NCBI GenBank assembly: GCA_903842445.1
Contig: CAIMLT010000029.1
Span: 1-46,044, forward strand
DNA length: 46,044 nucleotides
Origin: an uncultured bacterium
Lineage (GTDB): Bacteria > Patescibacteriota > Minisyncoccia > Moranbacterales > UBA2206
Direction: 5' to 3'
Below are positions 41,867 to 46,044 of this stretch, piece after piece. How positions within the stretch are numbered: position 1 is the stretch's first letter; every line of letters starts with the position of its first letter. The notes below the pieces were generated by a model. The model made no database searches. It was not told the DNA's origin and was given only the letters and a program-made list of their open reading frames with translations. Both the position numbers and the translations under genes were made by a program.

Positions 41867-43519
41867 ATGCAAAAAAAAGACACTAAAATATTTTATCTTT
41901 TGATCATCTTGATTCTCGCCACGGGAATTTTTTTGCGTTTTTGGAAGCTTGGCTCTATTCCTCCTGGCATTCAATATGATGAAGCGTATAATGGTATCGA
42001 CGCAATCCGCGCTCTAGAAACAGGGGAGTATAAGATTTTTTATCCCGAAAATACCGGCAGAGAAGGTTTACATATTAATATTACTGCTTTTTTTATTAAA
42101 ATTTTTGGAGTAAGTAGTCTTTCACTTCGGATTGCGAATGCACTTTGGGGATCTTTCACGCTCATTGGTTTCTATTTTTTGCTTCGCGAGCTTAAGCTTT
42201 CTCGTATTTCTGTGCTTCTTGGCACATTTATGCTCTCTTTTTCTTTTTGGCATCTAGATTTTTCTCGCACAGCCTTTCGAGCGATTATGGTTCCATTTTG
42301 CATTATCTGGGCACTTTATTTTCTTTTGCATGGGCTAAATAAAAAGAAATATTTGTTTTTTATACTTTCAGGAATTTTTCTTGGTTTGGGTTTTTATTCT
42401 TATATAGCTTTTCGGGTTGCGCCACTAATTTTTGTTATTTTTGGTTTAGCTTATAGCCTATTTGAAAAGGGATGGCTGAAAAAAAACTGGAAGGTTATTT
42501 TGATTTTTATCTCAGCAAGTATCCTTTGCGCTTTGCCGATCTTCTTTTATTTTTACGCGCATTGGAACGAATTCTTATTCAGAAGTCAAGCAGTTTCCGT
42601 TTTTCATTCAGGGAAACTGACTCCCTTTCAGGCGCTTTCCAAAAGCCTTTGGATTCATCTGCAAGCCTTTTTTGTGCATGGAGATAACAACCCACGTCAT
42701 AATTATAATGGTCAGCCACTTATTCCTTCTGGTTGGGTTGCTTTCTTTGTTCTCGGTTTCATTATCAGCGTGAAAGAAATTGCGGAAAATATAGTTAAGA
42801 AAATACGCTCAAAAAAAGATATATTAAAAGGACGATTTTTTAAGCTTTCAGGTCTGTTCTATCCTTCAATTTTGGCGCAAAGCATTTTTTGGACAATGCT
42901 TATTCCGGGAGCGCTGAGTATTGAAGGCATTCCACATTCTTTGCGGATAATTGGCATGATTCCAGGGGTTTTCCTTTTTTGTGTTTTTCCGATGGAATAT
43001 ATTTTGCGGATTTATCGCAAAATGCGTGATTCGAGCGACTTGACTTTGCGGGTAAGCGGAACCAATCTGACGCTGACTTTCATGATTGGGCTTGTGGCGG
43101 TAATCTTAGTTAGTGGATTTTTGCAAGTCTATGTCTATTTTGGTCCTTGGGCAAAAGATCTTCGAACAGCCGGAGGATTTGAAAGGAAGCTTTATTTAAT
43201 GGGAACACTTATTGGAAATCTGGATGTTCACAAAAATAACTATGTAATTACTGCCTATAATACGTCGATTAAGGGAGGCGGAAAGGATACTAGTCTCAAA
43301 ACGACAGAATATATTGCTTATCCGAAAATAAAAAACTATCTATTTTATCGCCCGTTAGATGGGCTAAATCAAGTTAATTGCGAGGATATTCAGCTTGTTT
43401 TTCAAGAATCTGACCAGTGGATCCGCGATCAATATCGGGCAAAATGTCCTAATTTAATAACAGACAAATATACATTTAACGATAGTAAATATATTTTTTA
43501 TGTGATGTCGGTTAGATAG
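41867..43519 (+). CDS. ArnT/PMT-like (GT39/GT83-type) polyprenyl-phosphate-dependent glycosyltransferase, polytopic membrane protein
   Basis: 550 aa with more than 10 TM helices. First extracytoplasmic loop has the YDEAYN (DE) motif after RFWKLGSIP, typical of family-C glycosyltransferases. Confidence 0.8.
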   Translation: MQKKDTKIFYLLIILILATGIFLRFWKLGSIPPGIQYDEAYNGIDAIRALETGEYKIFYPENTGREGLHINITAFFIKIFGVSSLSLRIANALWGSFTLIGFYFLLRELKLSRISVLLGTFMLSFSFWHLDFSRTAFRAIMVPFCIIWALYFLLHGLNKKKYLFFILSGIFLGLGFYSYIAFRVAPLIFVIFGLAYSLFEKGWLKKNWKVILIFISASILCALPIFFYFYAHWNEFLFRSQAVSVFHSGKLTPFQALSKSLWIHLQAFFVHGDNNPRHNYNGQPLIPSGWVAFFVLGFIISVKEIAENIVKKIRSKKDILKGRFFKLSGLFYPSILAQSIFWTMLIPGALSIEGIPHSLRIIGMIPGVFLFCVFPMEYILRIYRKMRDSSDLTLRVSGTNLTLTFMIGLVAVILVSGFLQVYVYFGPWAKDLRTAGGFERKLYLMGTLIGNLDVHKNNYVITAYNTSIKGGGKDTSLKTTEYIAYPKIKNYLFYRPLDGLNQVNCEDIQLVFQESDQWIRDQYRAKCPNLITDKYTFNDSKYIFYVMSVR

Positions 43520-43579
43520 TAACTGTTACTTTGCTTGATAATTTTTTTAATTACTGATAAGCTAAGTTTTGAAGATTTT

Positions 43580-43651
43580 GGCCTCATCGTCTAGCGGCTA
43601 GGACATCAGGTTCTCATCCTGGAAACAGGGGTTCGATTCCCCTTGAGGCTA
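43580..43651 (+). tRNA. tRNA-Glu (anticodon CTC)
   Basis: Hand-folded cloverleaf. Acceptor GGCCTCA/TGAGGCT (G1-U72 wobble), D arm GTCT-AGCGGCTA-GGAC, anticodon stem TCAGG/CCTGG, loop TTCTCAT, T arm AGGGG-TTCGATT-CCCCT, discriminator A. No encoded CCA. Confidence 0.88.
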
Positions 43652-43685
43652 CAAGAACTAAGCTTGAATATTTGAATTTACTTAT

Positions 43686-43910
43686 TTATTGGTTTGCCTC
43701 AAGAATCGTTAACATTTTTTCTGCTTGGGTTATGTATCTCTTAGGATCGTGATAAAGTGCATCATGCGTTCCTTGCATGAAATGAATTGCATCGGCGTGT
43801 TTTTGAGTTAGATTTTCCCTAATTTTATCAACGGGAAGAAAGTGGGTGCTAAATATACGAGCACACGAAGACCAGTTGAGCTTGTCTATTTTCGGAGATT
43901 TGAAAATCGT
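43686..43910 (-). pseudogene. Open frame of 74 codons with no canonical start codon until codon 45; possible gene remnant next to tRNA-Glu
   Basis: Minus-strand frame TIFKSPKIDKLNWSSCARIFSTHFLPVDKIRENLTQKHADAIHFMQGTHDALYHDPKRYITQAEKMLTILEANQ*, bounded upstream by TGA (43911-43913). It lies in an unusually long (344-bp) non-coding gap. Confidence 0.25.
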
Positions 43911-43995
43911 TCAGTTGCTTCTAGGGAAGAAGCGCGAATTAAAAAATTATCAAGAAAAGAAAAAATAGATTTAATCAATTTAAGCACTAAAAATA

Positions 43996-44724
43996 ATGGA
44001 TAAATTAAATCTGATATTTCTCGACACCGAAACAACCGGCATCGGCTCGGAAGATCGTTTATGCCAAGTGGCATATAAATTTCAGGGAATTGAGAAGGAG
44101 GCTCTTTTTAAGCCCCCAATATCCATTGGAATTGATGCAATGGCCGTGGCGCATATTACTAATAAAATGGTTGCTGATAAGGAGCAATTTTTAGATTCTC
44201 AGATGTATAGAGATCTAGCAGGAATTTTTTCCAGTGAACATATTCTGGTGGCTCACAATGCAGGGTTTGACGTGGAAATGCTCAGGCGTGAAAAACTGAA
44301 GCCAAAAAAGACAATTGATACTTTCAAGTTAGCACAATATTTTGACGCGGCAGGAGAAGTTCCAAAATACGCCTTGCAATATTTGCGCTATTATTATGAT
44401 CTTGAAGTGCTAAATGCACCAGCGCATGATGCTCTTGGAGATATCCGAGTCTTGGAGAAGTTATTTTATTATTATTTTGAAAAAATGTTAATTGGCTCAA
44501 AAGATGAGATGGCGATAATTCAAGAGATGCTGGATGTTTCTGCACGTCCAGTTTTGGTTAAAAAGTTTAACTTTGGAAAATATATTGGCATAAGCGTTTC
44601 TGATGTAGCTATGAAGGATCGTGGTTATTTGCAATGGCTCCTAAATGAAAAAGTCAGAGCTAGAGATCAAGAAGAAAATAACGATGAAAACTGGATCTAT
44701 ACGCTGGAGCACTATTTGCTTTAA
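43996..44724 (+). CDS. DnaQ/ExoX-like DEDDh 3'-5' exonuclease with C-terminal DUF3820-like domain
   Basis: Exo I FLDTETTG, Exo II VAHNAGFDVEML, Exo III HDALGD. C-terminal FGKYIGISVSDV...GYLQWLL. Confidence 0.85.
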   Translation: MDKLNLIFLDTETTGIGSEDRLCQVAYKFQGIEKEALFKPPISIGIDAMAVAHITNKMVADKEQFLDSQMYRDLAGIFSSEHILVAHNAGFDVEMLRREKLKPKKTIDTFKLAQYFDAAGEVPKYALQYLRYYYDLEVLNAPAHDALGDIRVLEKLFYYYFEKMLIGSKDEMAIIQEMLDVSARPVLVKKFNFGKYIGISVSDVAMKDRGYLQWLLNEKVRARDQEENNDENWIYTLEHYLL

Positions 44725-44758
44725 ATGCTGGGCGTTTATAATTTAATCAGTTGTTTTC

Positions 44759-44787
44759 TCGACATATAGTTGATTTTCTAGTATATT
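44759..44787 (+). promoter_or_regulatory. Candidate promoter for the polyprenyl synthase / uppS genes
   Basis: TCGACA (44759-44764), 17-nt spacer, TATATT (44782-44787). Confidence 0.35.
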
Positions 44788-44824
44788 ATAAAATAGCTGA
44801 AAATAAACCTTAATAGACAACGGA

Positions 44825-45916
44825 ATGAAAAGTGATTTGATTGTCGTTGAAATGCTAAAAGAATACAAGGAGCGACTTGATCCATATCTGAGAGAATATT
44901 TTTCAGCAAGAATGATTCAGGCTAAAAAAATCGATCCACTGGCAGTAGAAACAATTAAAATTATTGAGAGATTTGTCCTTTCTGGTGGAAAAAGAGTTCG
45001 TCCGGCGCTGGTCTACTATGGTTATCTGGCTTCAGGCGGAGAGGATGGAGAAAAAATAATCAAATCCTCAATGGCAATAGAATTGGCGCATGCTTTTCTT
45101 TTGATTCACGATGACATTATCGATCGCGACTCCACGCGTCATGGAATCGAAACAGTGCATGAGACATATAGGGCGTATGGCAAGAAATTAAATCTTTCTG
45201 AAAGCGAGGCTGTTCATTTCGGCAACTCTTTGGCGATTACGGCTGGTGACTATACGCATACAATGGCCAGTGAAATTTTGTATGATATTGATTTTGAACC
45301 GGAAATAATTTTGGACGCTTTAAAAAAAATTCAAGCGATTGTGGCGCGAACCATTCCAGGCGAAATGCTGGATATCCTGATGTGTGCGAAAGGAGTAGCC
45401 ACGGAAAGAGAAATAGCTCGAATGCATGAAGGCAAAACTGCTCGCTATACTTTCGAGGGGCCGTTGCATCTAGGTGCAGTTCTTGCAGGGCAGAAAAAAA
45501 ATATTAAATTATTGAAAGCGTTTTCCGCTTACTCCTTGCCAGTTGGAAGAGCCTTTCAAATTCAGGATGATATTTTGGGAATTTTTGGAAATAAAGAAAA
45601 GCTAGGAAAATCCGTAGGAGCTGATATAATAGAGGGGAAGCAGACTCTCCTAGTTTTGAAGGCTAAAGAGAAAGGCAATGAGAAACAAAAAAAAGTGATA
45701 AAGGAATTGCTTGGCAAAAAGGATTTAACAGAATCGGAAGCAAGTAATTTTCGTGAGATCATTAGAGAAACCGGATCATTGGAATATTCACAAAAGTTGG
45801 CAGAAAAGTTTGTGGCACAATCACTTTTGGCCATAAAGGAAGTGGAATTTAAGAATATTGAAGCGAAAAAATTTCTTGAAGGGATCGCAGAATATATCAT
45901 AAAAAGAGAAGTGTAG
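44825..45916 (+). CDS. Polyprenyl (geranylgeranyl/farnesyl-type) diphosphate synthase
   Basis: First Asp-rich motif LIHDDIIDRD (DDxxxxD), second FQIQDDILG (DDxxD), GKRVRP. 363 aa. Confidence 0.9.
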   Translation: MKSDLIVVEMLKEYKERLDPYLREYFSARMIQAKKIDPLAVETIKIIERFVLSGGKRVRPALVYYGYLASGGEDGEKIIKSSMAIELAHAFLLIHDDIIDRDSTRHGIETVHETYRAYGKKLNLSESEAVHFGNSLAITAGDYTHTMASEILYDIDFEPEIILDALKKIQAIVARTIPGEMLDILMCAKGVATEREIARMHEGKTARYTFEGPLHLGAVLAGQKKNIKLLKAFSAYSLPVGRAFQIQDDILGIFGNKEKLGKSVGADIIEGKQTLLVLKAKEKGNEKQKKVIKELLGKKDLTESEASNFREIIRETGSLEYSQKLAEKFVAQSLLAIKEVEFKNIEAKKFLEGIAEYIIKREV

Positions 45917-45928
45917 ATTAAATATATT

Positions 45929-46044
45929 ATGGAAAATGAATTGGAAAATTTGCCTTCGCATATTGCAATTATTCCTGATGCTAATCGGCGTTGGGCGAAA
46001 GAGCGTGGGCTTTCTCCTTGGAAGGGGCATGAAGCTGGGGCGGA
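45929..46044 (+). CDS. uppS: Undecaprenyl (cis-prenyl) diphosphate synthase, N-terminal fragment running off the window
   Basis: [38 protein letters not shown] matches the UppS N-terminal HxAIIxDGNRRWA...GH..G motif, with DAN in place of DGN. Confidence 0.8.
   Translation, partial: MENELENLPSHIAIIPDANRRWAKERGLSPWKGHEAGA

Noticed and set aside
43780-43806. HEPN-like R-x6-H (RENLTQKH) in the start-less frame next to tRNA-Glu
   Set aside because: A single short spacing pattern in a fragment is not enough evidence to name a family.
1-46044. CRISPR arrays, transposases, integrases, prophage or defence islands
   Set aside because: I found no array of three or more regularly spaced repeats. Only two-copy tandem repeats occur, at 15942-15964 and 24401-24431. 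No ORF has transposase, integrase, Cas, restriction-modification or toxin-antitoxin motifs.

Overview
AT-rich, very tightly packed bacterial chromosome segment using the standard code (TGA serves as a stop). GC content was judged by eye and not computed. I call 45 protein genes (one partial at the 3' edge), 2 tRNAs (Gln-CTG, Glu-CTC), several intrinsic terminators and a set of short GC-rich palindromic repeats. There is no rRNA, CRISPR array, transposase, integrase or phage gene. Content is mostly housekeeping:
- DNA and chromosome functions: gyrB, recJ, RNase H, recR, dnaB, smc, ogt.
- Cell division: ftsA-ftsZ.
- RNA and translation: rlmN, ybeY, dus, a pseudouridine synthase, cysS, rplU.
- Lower glycolysis: pgk, eno, gpmI and a PfkB kinase.
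- Fermentative ATP module: four-subunit pyruvate:ferredoxin oxidoreductase plus ADP-forming acetyl-CoA synthetase.
- Also rubrerythrin, a HlyD/MacB-type ABC exporter with two permease paralogues, a DsbA-like oxidoreductase, and isoprenoid/envelope genes (ispH, polyprenyl synthase, uppS, dgkA, a GT39-like glycosyltransferase).

Small proteins, almost no Shine-Dalgarno motifs and this anaerobic fermentative metabolism suggest a Candidate Phyla Radiation / Patescibacteria-type genome; that is an inference, not a test. The points most worth a second look are:
1. A divergent ELP3-like radical-SAM/GNAT gene paired with a Trm9-like methyltransferase, a possible (m)cm5U34 tRNA pathway in a bacterium.
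2. A family of GC-rich palindromic elements (GTCATYCC...GGGRATCC) with a compensatory stem substitution between copies, plus copies lying in-frame inside the elp3-like and dus genes.
3. A helically phased array of nine TAATCAG/CTGATTA heptamers that fills the eno-gpmI spacer.
4. An SMC of only about 787 aa with canonical heads but no recognisable hinge.
5. A CorA whose GMN signature reads AMS.
6. A small membrane ORF inserted between porA and porB.

All functional calls rest on motif recognition in the translated ORFs. No database search was run.
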